This document shows positions 18,955-27,627 of a DNA stretch of 49,774 nt, piece by piece. This stretch comes from Truepera sp. (GTDB lineage: Bacteria; Deinococcota; Deinococci; Deinococcales; Trueperaceae). The stretch covers positions 1 through 49,774 of the forward strand of contig CBDCKW010000003.1 of the NCBI GenBank assembly GCA_965218435.1, given 5' to 3'. How positions within the stretch are numbered: position 1 is the stretch's first letter; every line of letters begins with the position of its first letter. The notes below the pieces were generated by a model. It was not told the origin of the DNA and did not search any database. It saw nothing but the letters and a program-made list of their open reading frames with translations. A program made the translations under genes and the position numbers.

Positions 18955-19331
18955 CTACTACGCCCTTAACGCTCACCACCCTCACCCAAGAAAAGCACCT
19001 CGCGCCGCAGGTGTTCGACAGGGTGTGTGAACGCTTGCAGGTAGCGCAGGCGCACCACACCGAAGCGGTCAACGCCTTAGCCGAGGCGAAGTGTTCTTTA
19101 GAGTTCAAACGGGCCGAGCTGCTCGCTGGAGGGATTGACGGCAAGAACGCCGACGCTAGAGAGGCCGCCCTACGCCTCAGGCTGTTCGACGAGCACGCCG
19201 AACTTATCGGCCTCGAAGTGGTACTGAACGAAGCTAAGAAGGATTTCGAGCAGGCCCGGCTGACTTGGGACTGCTTGCGCTACAAGCTGCGGCTCCTCGA
19301 AGTGCAGCGGGCGCTAGGGGGGGCGGCTTAA
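18951..19331 (+). CDS. Hypothetical coiled-coil protein, 126 aa
   Basis: GGAGG ribosome-binding site; two long helical segments around GKNADAREA. Confidence 0.7.
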   Translation: MTTTPLTLTTLTQEKHLAPQVFDRVCERLQVAQAHHTEAVNALAEAKCSLEFKRAELLAGGIDGKNADAREAALRLRLFDEHAELIGLEVVLNEAKKDFEQARLTWDCLRYKLRLLEVQRALGGAA

Positions 19332-19367
19332 CCCCTCACCTTTCATTGTGGTATCGTAAGTAATACT

Positions 19368-19796
19368 ATGGAGCAGCGGCAGATCGTGCTCGACACCAAC
19401 GTTTTTGTTGCCGCGCTCCGTTCGCGCCGGGGTGCCTCGTTCAGGCTGCTCTCACTGGTGGGGACAAACTCGGCTTTTAAGACCAACCTTTCGGTGCCGC
19501 TCGTGCTCGAATATGAAGACGTCGCAAAACGCCCCGATATGGTCCCGGCTCTAAGTATGGAGGAGATCGACGCTGTGATCGACTACCTCTGCGCCGTTTC
19601 AAACAAGCAGGAGGTCTTTTTTCTCTGGCGTCCGCACCTCAAAGACCCCAAAGACGACATGGTCCTCGAGCTGGCCGTGGTCGCCGGTGCCGACGTTGTC
19701 ACCTTCAACGTCAGAGACTTTGCGGGAATTCAGACGTTTGGCCTGCGTGCGCTCACGCCGCAGGCATTTCTAGACGAGATTGGAGTGTTGATATGA
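19368..19796 (+). CDS. PIN-domain toxin
   Basis: IVLDTNVFVAALRS, DPKDDMVLELAV and VTFNVRDF. Confidence 0.9.
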   Translation: MEQRQIVLDTNVFVAALRSRRGASFRLLSLVGTNSAFKTNLSVPLVLEYEDVAKRPDMVPALSMEEIDAVIDYLCAVSNKQEVFFLWRPHLKDPKDDMVLELAVVAGADVVTFNVRDFAGIQTFGLRALTPQAFLDEIGVLI

Positions 19797-20029
19797 GCAA
19801 CCTCAGTTTGCGACTACCCGAATCGCTGCACAAGCAGGTCAAGGCGCTCGCCAAACAAGAAGGCGTCTCGATCAATCAGTTTGTCACCACGGCACTGGCT
19901 GAAAAGCTGTCGGCCTTGATGACCCAGGAGTACCTGGAGGCGCGGGCTGAACGCGGTAACCAAGCAGCGTTCGAGCGGGTGCTGGGTAAGGTGCCGGATG
20001 CGGAACCCGAACCGCACGACCGGCTCTAG
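19793..20029 (+). CDS. RHH/HicB-like antitoxin
   Basis: LSLRLPESLHKQVKALAKQEGVSINQF; ATGA overlap with the PIN gene. Confidence 0.85.
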   Translation: MSNLSLRLPESLHKQVKALAKQEGVSINQFVTTALAEKLSALMTQEYLEARAERGNQAAFERVLGKVPDAEPEPHDRL

Positions 20030-20307
20030 CTGCTCTCCTCATAACTCTGGGAATCCGTAAGAGGAAGGCTAAAAAGCGCCCGGTCCAAGTCGCGCTCGAG
20101 GTAGCCGTCAAGCACCTCCAAGAGCTTCTCTTCAGGCCACGCGCCCTGTTCTACTTGCTCCAAAACAGCTGCGCCCACGAGGATTTTTCTGCGAGTGTCA
20201 ACCTTGCGCTCTCGCTCTTTTGTCTGCGCCTTGACACGCTGAATCTTGGCGGTCAGCTCGGCGCGCTGCGCTTCTAACTTCCTCAGCTTCTCCTGGGTGC
20301 TCGCCAC
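20026..20307 (-). CDS. mobC: MobC/MobS-like relaxosome accessory protein
   Basis: ERKVDTRRKILVGA...LDGYLERDLDRALF; divergent from mobA across oriT, as in IncQ plasmids. Confidence 0.85.
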   Translation of the reverse strand: MASTQEKLRKLEAQRAELTAKIQRVKAQTKERERKVDTRRKILVGAAVLEQVEQGAWPEEKLLEVLDGYLERDLDRALFSLPLTDSQSYEESS

Positions 20308-20375
20308 GGTGCACCTCCTTGGCCGCCACTATAGACGAGATTGCCGCCCCGGGCAAAGGGGTAGCTGAAGCTGCC

Positions 20376-20416
20376 TTATGGCGCACATACCGGTTTCTCC
20401 GTCTCTAGAAACGGAG
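20376..20416 (-). other. MOBQ-type oriT; nic predicted between 20382 and 20381 on the minus strand
   Basis: Minus strand reads CCGTTTCT-AGAGACGG-AGAAACCGGTATGTGCG^CCAT, compared with RSF1010 ...AGAAACCGGTAAATGCG^CCCT as recalled. It lies between mobC and mobA. Confidence 0.85.
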
Positions 20417-20463
20417 CGTAGCCAGATCGTCTATGCTGGGGACTAGCAGCGAAGGTTCTGACA

Positions 20464-21259
20464 ATGGCGATCTATCATCTAAGAGCTCAGACAGGAAGCC
20501 GCGCGCGGGCAGTCCGCGAAGGCTAAGGCGGACTACATCCAGCGTGAGGGCAAGTATAAAGACCAGGAGGACAAGCTGGTTTATAAAGAGTCCGGCAACA
20601 TGCCCGGCTGGGCCGACGATGAGCCCTCGGAATACTGGCAGGCCGCGGACACCTACGAGCGGGCGAACGGCCGCCTCTACAAAGAAGTCGAGGTCGCCCT
20701 TCCTAAGGAGCTGGGAGAGGACGAGCGGGTCACACTGGCGCGTGAGTTCGCGGAGAAGCTCACCGAAAAGGAGAACCTGCCCTACACCCTGGCAGTGCAC
20801 GAAGGCAGGGGTGAGAACCCACACGCGCACGTGATGATTTCGGAGCGGATGAACGATGGCGTCGAGAGACCCCCGGAGACCTGGTTCCGGCGGGCGAACC
20901 GGGAGGAACCGGAGGGGGGCGGGGCGCTCAAGACGGAGAGCATGAAGCCGAAGGCGTGGCTTACCGAGACGCGGGAACTGTGGGGGCGCGAGGTCAATGG
21001 AGCCCTCGAGCGCGGGGGTCATGAGGCGCGCGTTGACCACCGCTCGCTCGAGGCGCAGGGGCTCGAGCGCGTCCCGACCCGGCACATCGGCGTGCACGCA
21101 GCGGCGATGGAAGCGCGCGGTATCCGCACCGAGCGGGGCGATATGGCGCTGGAGATTGACCGGCAAAACCGGGAGATCGAGCAGGAAAAGGCATCATTTT
21201 TAGAGGCGCAACAACAAATCGAGAGGGGCGCGCAGCGGGAGCGTGGGCTCGAGTACTGA
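20464..21259 (+). pseudogene. mobA: MobA/MobL (MOBQ) relaxase with a frameshift near 20500-20506
   Basis: MAIYHLRAQTGSRA, frameshift, then GQSAKAKADYIQREGKY...ERANGRL...LAVHEG...NPHAHVMISER...RVDHRSLEAQG. The span is 796 nt, not a multiple of 3. Confidence 0.9.
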
Positions 21260-21831
21260 GCCGAAGGTGAAGTTGCCAGTTCCGTGAAGCCTAGGTGGAA
21301 GCAGCAAGCACCTCCGATAGGCTTCACGAATGGGGGGTTCGAGTAGGTAGTAGGTTCGGCGACAAGCCGTACAAATTCAGCAATTCTTATGAGGTGGCAT
21401 GGCCGTAATTCCAGCGAGTGCGAAGGAGAAGTTGTAGCTGGGCTCCAGCGGCACCGTGGCAGAGTCGAGGCGGTACTCGCTTAGGTCGAAATAATCACCT
21501 AGTACCCTTCGCTTATGCGGTACTCGGGCCGGTTCACTGCATCATGGTTCATCCACCAAGAATTGTCCACGGTTAGCAGGGTAGCACTACCAAAAACTAC
21601 ATCACGTGCAGCAAGGAAGGTTGTTTGGCTGAATACCCCATCCGCTTGCGGCGGGGTTTTTATTTGCTACCGCCCAAACTTCCTTGGTTGCGGTCAACTA
21701 CACCCGCGCCTTAAGTTCAGCCTAGAGAACCGATCTCAGCAACAAGGTTCAAATGAATGCCCTCCTGACTATTATGGTCAAAATGCTATGCGACCCGCAA
21801 TAACCGCCGGTTCTCAACTTTGTCTTTTACA

Positions 21832-23433
21832 TCACGCGGTTGCTTGCGGATTAAGCCACTGACGCCAATTACTCATAAGCGCGTCTTCCTGTAAGAGGTC
21901 GCATTCGAACGCGATGTAGGCGTCCGGTCTCAACATAAAGACAGTTCCTGGTCGTGTTGCCAGCTTACGCTCGAGCTCTCCCTTATAGTCGGTCAGAACG
22001 TTGTTCCCCAGATCATGTTGTCGAGAAAGCCCCGCATCGAGAACGACATACGGTGCCACTTTGTCTTGCTCCGCCAGTTTCAACAAGCGCAGTAACGCCG
22101 CACGTTGTTCGCTGACCTGAGCCGCCAGGGTAAAAATAATCAGGGTAAGCGTGGACGAGCGTAAAAGTTCGTATAAGCGGACAGGCCGAAGCGTGGCGTC
22201 CCTAAGCTCGATGTCTGGAACCCGAGTGCCTGCTGACGAGCCTGCCGTTGACGGCGCTTCGTAACGAATGCCGATCCCTGAAAGCCCATGGCTTAGTCTG
22301 CGCTGCACAAACTGTCGTGGCACAAACAGGCGAAACAAGCTGTCTCGTACCGAGCGCGCTGGCTGGTGAGGAACCAGCAGACCACGTAAGATGAGGTCGC
22401 TCATCCATAGTGCTCTTTTCCCTACCGGGTGACGTTCAGCTTGGAAGGTTTCCAGGAGTGCTTCAGGAGACCACCCTTGGATGACCTGTGCGAGTTTCCA
22501 ACCAAGGTTAAAAGCATCTTGTATCCCGGTGTTCATCCCTTGACCCCCGGCAGGGCTATGCGTGTGGGCCGCGTCACCCGCCAGGAAAGCACGCCCTACA
22601 CGGTAGCTCGGAACCTGCTGAAGACTGGACCCCCAACGCGACAGGCTGCGCGGTTCGCGGAGCGTGACCGGTTTGCCTAAAATGGCTCGAGTCGATTCCT
22701 GCAATTCGCTAAGCTCAAGCTCACGCTGGTCGGTTTCTTGCTGATAGGCGCGGTCGATGGTGATAATGCGCACAGCGCCGTCTTGAAAGGGCAAAATCAA
22801 GGCCAAGCCCCGTGCGTTTGAGTACTGTTCGGTTCCGCCGGTAACGACGTGACCATCCATCATAACATCGCCCAAGAAAGCCTTCCAGACATAACTCGAG
22901 CCTTCGAACGGCAATCCCAGAGTTTCACGGACTAGACTGTTGGCACCATCGGCACCCACCATAAAGCGGGCACTAATTCGATGTTCTTGATCCCCCGACA
23001 CGGTACGAGCCTCAACACGGTCACCACAGTCTTCAAAGCCTGTGAGGGTCACACCACGCTCAACCTGCACACCGAGTTGATTAAGGTGAGCTTCTAAGAT
23101 AGTTTCGGTTTCTACTTGAGGGAGGATCAAGACAAAAGGGAACGCCGAGTCGAGCTGGTGCATACCCGCTCGGAGAGGTCGCCGACTTCCGGCGCTTAAG
23201 GTAAAGCCCGGCGAGGTGTACCCACGCTTGACAAATTTATTAGTCAGCCCGAGTAGATCGAAAAGCTCGAGAGTACGCGCATGAATGCCCAGGGCTTTGC
23301 TCCGGGTCGAGCGTGCCAATCGTTTCTCGATGATGCGACAAGAGATCTGACGCCGCGCAAGTTCGGTGGCAACGATAAGGCCCGTAGGTCCTGCTCCAAC
23401 GATAAGGACATCCGTATCCGGTTTTTCCATCAT
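21832..23433 (-). CDS. FAD-dependent aromatic monooxygenase (PheA/TfdB-like)
   Basis: GAGPTG, GADGANS and LAGDAAHTHSPAGGQGMNTGIQDA. Confidence 0.9.
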   Translation of the reverse strand: MMEKPDTDVLIVGAGPTGLIVATELARRQISCRIIEKRLARSTRSKALGIHARTLELFDLLGLTNKFVKRGYTSPGFTLSAGSRRPLRAGMHQLDSAFPFVLILPQVETETILEAHLNQLGVQVERGVTLTGFEDCGDRVEARTVSGDQEHRISARFMVGADGANSLVRETLGLPFEGSSYVWKAFLGDVMMDGHVVTGGTEQYSNARGLALILPFQDGAVRIITIDRAYQQETDQRELELSELQESTRAILGKPVTLREPRSLSRWGSSLQQVPSYRVGRAFLAGDAAHTHSPAGGQGMNTGIQDAFNLGWKLAQVIQGWSPEALLETFQAERHPVGKRALWMSDLILRGLLVPHQPARSVRDSLFRLFVPRQFVQRRLSHGLSGIGIRYEAPSTAGSSAGTRVPDIELRDATLRPVRLYELLRSSTLTLIIFTLAAQVSEQRAALLRLLKLAEQDKVAPYVVLDAGLSRQHDLGNNVLTDYKGELERKLATRPGTVFMLRPDAYIAFECDLLQEDALMSNWRQWLNPQATA

Positions 23434-23593
23434 GGGTTCTCCACCCTGAGCCGCTGCCCCGACTGCAACCGACCATTGTGACGAAGTGGCAAGTTGGCGC
23501 GAGACAGAAGATCGTGTCCTGCTTCAAGAGATACACAAGGCAAACGTGACCAGATTTCTCAATCTATAGTCATGAGCATCTTTCGTCAGTAAA

Positions 23594-24112
23594 TTATCTT
23601 GCGGTCGTCGTTCTTTGCTGTTGTTCTGTTTGTGCTTTAACTGCCTGCAGGGCTCCACGCATATAGCCGCGCCATAAAAGAAAAACGAAGCTAGCAAGTA
23701 CAGGTCGTAGAAACCACTCCCTAGCCGTAAACGTGTACGTCCACGTTACCCGGGTATATCGTCCTTCAGAACTAAATCGCCACTGCCCACGACCCTCACA
23801 GGCGATGTACTTGAGTACCGACGTAAAATCGCTCGTTCGGTAGGCAAAGTAGCTTGGCACCTGATAATCGGTGAGCGTTTCCCTGGCTGTCGTGTTGTTG
23901 CTAAGATGTACCGTACGTATAGATCCCGGCACATTCCAGGATCCGACGTTATGAGATGTAGACACAACCCGAGGTAACGGACCGTAAGCGAAGAGGATTT
24001 TGTGCAGCACATCCTCCGCTGTGACGAACCTAAAAACATCTTGCAAAGGTGCGGCAACTAATTCGGTTAGGGTTGTAGCAACGTGCGTCATGTGCCTTCC
24101 TGAAAACGTCAT
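23594..24112 (-). CDS. SRPBCC/polyketide cyclase-like protein
   Basis: VAAPLQDVFRFV...GQWRF...TRVTWTYTF pattern; the start may be the Met at 24091. Confidence 0.7.
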   Translation of the reverse strand: MTFSGRHMTHVATTLTELVAAPLQDVFRFVTAEDVLHKILFAYGPLPRVVSTSHNVGSWNVPGSIRTVHLSNNTTARETLTDYQVPSYFAYRTSDFTSVLKYIACEGRGQWRFSSEGRYTRVTWTYTFTAREWFLRPVLASFVFLLWRGYMRGALQAVKAQTEQQQRTTTAR

Positions 24113-24405
24113 GTCAGAGGTATGCCACGTGGTTCACGGGTTGACGCTGAGAATGCAGCCTAGCACAAGACCAAACCGTAATGAGAGATGGATCCCATCC
24201 TTTGGCTCTTCAACACAACTGATACCGCTGGATCTGTTTTTATCCGGACAAGCTTGAGACTGAAGTCGATGGCACGCTATTAGAGAGTTAAATGTAAATA
24301 ACGAGCCGCTCCGCTACGCGTTTAACGAGATGGGATGAGGAGACCCCCTTTCCTAACTGAGTACGCTCAGTTAGAGGCGGCTGTCGCCTAGAAAGGGGTA
24401 TAACC

Positions 24406-25464
24406 ATGAAGCACAAGAAGGTCGTCGGTTTAGATTTAGGGGATAAGTTCTCGTACGCCTGTGTGCTCGACGCCGACACAGGTGAGGTCATCAAAGAGAA
24501 ACGTATCGCTACACGAGCAAGCTGCTTGGAGACGTTCTTTGCAGGTCAGCCTGCCATGCTCATCGCCATTGAAACAGGTACACATTCCCCTTGGATCAGC
24601 CGCTTGCTCGAAAGTTTTGGTCACGAAGTGCTGGTAGCCAACGCCCGCAAGGTGCGCTTGGTCTATGGTGGCGACCGAAAGAGTGACAAGCTTGACGCAC
24701 AAAAGCTAGCGAGGCTGGCCCGCTTTGACCCAGAGCTGCTATCACCAATCCAACACCGTAGCAAGGATGCACAAGCGCATCTAGCGCTGATACGCTCCCG
24801 CGACGCGCTGGTTAGCAGCCGCATCGGGCTCGTCAATCATGTCCGGGGAAGCGTCAAAGCCTTTGGTGCTCGTTTGCCGGTGTGTAGCACCCGCACCTTC
24901 GCCAGAAAAGCGCGCGCCGTCGTCCCGGAAGAGTTGCTGGCGGCGCTCGAACCGGTGTTGGCTATCATCGAGAAGTTAAGCGAGCAGATCCTGGTTATGG
25001 AGAAACGCATCAAGATTTTAGGAAGAGAGGCTTACCCAGAAACCAACGTGCTTCGCCAAGTCACCGGCGTAGGTGCCATCACCTCACTCACCTTTGTCTT
25101 GACGCTTGAGGAACCTGCAAGGTTTAAGAAAAGCCGGGATGTGGGTGCATTCTTGGGGTTGACGCCAGGGCAGAAGCAGTCGGGTGACAGAGACGTAAAG
25201 CTGCGTATCAGCAAACGAGGCGATGAAGGTTTGAGGCGGTTACTTGTTCAATCCGCGCACTACCTGCTCGGACCCTTTGGCTCAGACTGCGACCTCAGAC
25301 GGCACGGTGAGAAAATCGAGGCGGCTGGTGGGAGTTATGCAAAAAAGCGAGCCATTGTCGCCGTTGCCAGGAAGCTGGCTGTGCTCTTGCACAGGCTCTG
25401 GGTCACCCAGGAAATCTACGAACCGCTACGCAACAGCAATAAAACGCTGGCCAAAGCTGCCTGA
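24406..25464 (+). CDS. IS110-family transposase/recombinase
   Basis: DEDD domain VGLDLG...IETG...KSDKLDA; GLTPGQKQSG; AIVAVARKLAV. Confidence 0.97.
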   Translation: MKHKKVVGLDLGDKFSYACVLDADTGEVIKEKRIATRASCLETFFAGQPAMLIAIETGTHSPWISRLLESFGHEVLVANARKVRLVYGGDRKSDKLDAQKLARLARFDPELLSPIQHRSKDAQAHLALIRSRDALVSSRIGLVNHVRGSVKAFGARLPVCSTRTFARKARAVVPEELLAALEPVLAIIEKLSEQILVMEKRIKILGREAYPETNVLRQVTGVGAITSLTFVLTLEEPARFKKSRDVGAFLGLTPGQKQSGDRDVKLRISKRGDEGLRRLLVQSAHYLLGPFGSDCDLRRHGEKIEAAGGSYAKKRAIVAVARKLAVLLHRLWVTQEIYEPLRNSNKTLAKAA

Positions 25465-25520
25465 GAGCGCAAGAACCGACACCGTTAGTTAATACACAAC
25501 ATTTTTTAGAAGTGGTTCAC

Positions 25521-25672
25521 GCCCCGTCGGGTGACTGCGGCTTCGCGCTTGGCTCTCTGAAGCTGAGAATGAGATAGCAGCGCCCACTAACCGGACCCCA
25601 GCCTGCACCTTACCGAGTGCGTATGGAAGCGTGGCGAGATGCCTCTTCACCTTTACAACTTGTTTACGGGGC
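25521..25672 (+). ncRNA. Predicted bridge/seek RNA of the IS1111-type element
   Basis: Nested stems (GCCCCGT/ACGGGGC, GGTGA/TCACC) enclose two stem-loops whose internal loops match the reconstructed target and donor. Boundaries are approximate. Confidence 0.75.
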
Positions 25673-25950
25673 TTGACAACCTGGGGTCTCCTCATGGAAG
25701 CGCGTTGAACGTACAACAAATAGTCATTCGCTAAGGTTTACATTCTCACCCGGCTAGGACATCAAAACATTCAAACATGACTCTTCATGAGCGACACCGG
25801 GAAGTACACACTGTGTCGGTAGACCTCACTACGGTTTATATGCTGCGGCGTACGCCGCTACCTTGGATGACTTTAGGTAGGTTGCGAGCAGAACCCTAGG
25901 ATAAGCGCACAGCAGTCAGAGCCGACGCTAGTTCAAACCGCATCTCTTAG

Positions 25951-25999
25951 TTGACCTTCCGCCATACCGTGTGTAAACTACTTGATATCAAATAATTTA
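25951..25999 (+). promoter_or_regulatory. Sigma70-like promoter with an overlapping palindrome (candidate PadR operator)
   Basis: TTGACC-17 bp-TAAACT; imperfect palindrome TAAACTACTTGAT/ATCAAATAATTTA at 25974-25999. Confidence 0.6.
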
Positions 26000-26009
26000 G
26001 GAGGCTGTA

Positions 26010-26336
26010 GTGGACCGCACGCGAATGAAAGGCAACCTTGAAGTCATCTTGCTGACGGTGATCGCCGACGAAGGCCCCCTCTACGGGCTCGAGATCGTCC
26101 GGGAGGTGCAGAGCCGTACCCAGGGGGCGCTCGTACTCGCCGCCGGAAGCCTCTATCCGCCCCTCCACCGCCTCGAGAAACGAGGTTGGATACGCTCCGA
26201 GACGCGCCGGTCTCCGCACGGGAGCGGCACCGTCACCTATTACACAGTCACCGAGGCTGGGCGCGACGCGCTTGCCGAGCAGCGCGAGCTTACCAAGACG
26301 TTTATCCAAACCCTTCAGGAGTTGTTGCGGTTATGA
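26010..26336 (+). CDS. PadR-family transcriptional regulator
   Basis: LYGLEIV, GSLYPPLHRLEKRGWI and YYTVTEAGR. Confidence 0.92.
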   Translation: MDRTRMKGNLEVILLTVIADEGPLYGLEIVREVQSRTQGALVLAAGSLYPPLHRLEKRGWIRSETRRSPHGSGTVTYYTVTEAGRDALAEQRELTKTFIQTLQELLRL

Positions 26337-26587
26337 ACCGCGACGCGACGCCCGCGGACCGGGAGCTCGTTTACAAACTCTTTGACCTGGTCGAGGGTCT
26401 TCCCAAAGGCCTTCAGGTGAAACTCTTCCACGACCTCCACGGCCAAGTCCATACCACCGCAAAACACTACCGGGTGACGCAGCGCACCGGGTACGAAGAG
26501 GCGCTCCGCCAGGCGACGCGAGCCCACATTCTTGATCCTAGTCAGACCAACCTGAAGCTTTTATGGATTCACCGCCGGGAGAGCTGA
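26333..26587 (+). CDS. Small helical protein (HAAS/permease-prefix-like), possibly the frameshifted N-terminus of the next ORF
   Basis: ATGA overlap with padR; LPKGLQVKLFHDLHGQV...GYEEALRQA...DP pattern. Confidence 0.55.
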   Translation: MNRDATPADRELVYKLFDLVEGLPKGLQVKLFHDLHGQVHTTAKHYRVTQRTGYEEALRQATRAHILDPSQTNLKLLWIHRRES

Positions 26588-27627
26588 TCACGGCGTTGCG
26601 GAGGTCTCCTGGACAGCTCTGGCGACGCCTGACGCGCCTTCCCTCGCCCGAACGCTACACCCCTCGCGCGGCTACACCCGAGAACGCCACCAAAAATAAC
26701 GCTCGCCTGTTGGCGGCCTTGCGCGGACGCTACGGCGAGGCGACCGTGGCGGGGCTTCGCTGGCCGGAATGGGCGTGTCGGCCCGACGACTATCTGGGCT
26801 GCGCCGACTTGGGCGACAAGTTGATGTTCGCCATTGGTGCGCCCGTTTCGGGGACGAGAGGTCCTTTTAACCAGCAGCAATTGCGTCAGCTCGGCAAACT
26901 TTTGCAGGAGCTTGACTATGTGCGCGATGTGACCTACTACGAGGTTGATCCGGTAACCTTGGAAGTGAAGTGCACAGCTTCTCATAGCGTCTACTGGAAC
27001 GACTACGAGGCGCTCTTTTCGCCAATCCTTGACAACTTCGAGCCCCTACCTGAAGAAGGTCTCACGGGACCTTTGGAAGCTCTTTGTGAACGCTGGTTTA
27101 CCTCGCAAGGCGTACATCATGTCATCCGCTTAAAGCTTGACGATATCGACTGGAAGAGCGGTATGCGCGCCATGCTCCCCGCTGCGTTGTGGGAGGATTT
27201 TGACGTCGCCCCGGACCCCGAAAGGCTCAAAATTTATGTACAGAAGGCGTCGGTGACCTTTGTCGGACGCACCTTCGAACTTCCCTACCTCACCAAACGA
27301 CAGCTCACCTGGACGCTTTTCCCGCTCTTGGTCGGATTGCTCATCGGCGGCGTCTCGCTGATCTCCCTCTTGACACCCGAAGCCGCTACACCGGTTGAAC
27401 CGCTAGAACCGCCCCTGCTGCTCGAAGATACCTCTTCCCCGCCGCTCACCTGGTTGATGGGGCTCAAGGTTGCGGGCCTTGTACTGACGATCTTTTCACC
27501 GGTGATCGCCTACAGCGTTATTTTCTGTCTGTTCGTACACGTGCTGGCGCACGTGTTGTATGAGAATACGCCGCTCGGCACCCCCGAAGATCAGCGTTAC
27601 ACGGTCTACGTGAGTGGAGATACTTGA
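26563..27627 (+). CDS. Membrane protein with C-terminal transmembrane segments
   Basis: Hydrophobic stretches LFPLLVGLLIGGVSLISLL and VAGLVLTIFSPVIAYSVIFCLFVHVLA; TGATG coupling to the next gene. Confidence 0.7.
   Translation: MDSPPGELITALRRSPGQLWRRLTRLPSPERYTPRAATPENATKNNARLLAALRGRYGEATVAGLRWPEWACRPDDYLGCADLGDKLMFAIGAPVSGTRGPFNQQQLRQLGKLLQELDYVRDVTYYEVDPVTLEVKCTASHSVYWNDYEALFSPILDNFEPLPEEGLTGPLEALCERWFTSQGVHHVIRLKLDDIDWKSGMRAMLPAALWEDFDVAPDPERLKIYVQKASVTFVGRTFELPYLTKRQLTWTLFPLLVGLLIGGVSLISLLTPEAATPVEPLEPPLLLEDTSSPPLTWLMGLKVAGLVLTIFSPVIAYSVIFCLFVHVLAHVLYENTPLGTPEDQRYTVYVSGDT

Larger units (their letters stand above)
24328..25698 (+). mobile_element. IS110-family insertion sequence, IS1111 type
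   Basis: Perfect 13-bp sub-terminal inverted repeats ATGAGGAGACCCC (24335-24347) and GGGGTCTCCTCAT (25683-25695), 7 and 3 nt from the ends. The AG core is present at both junctions and the 3' non-coding end is long. Confidence 0.92.

Noticed and set aside
21633..21664. ACCCC...GGGGT hairpin with a T tail as a terminator or REP element
   Set aside because: Single imperfect copy with no credible upstream gene; the 21515..21862 ORF has no support.
24290..24330. IS target as an integron attC site
   Set aside because: A TAAC and a small hairpin are present, but there is no matching GTTRRRY end, cassette array or integron integrase.
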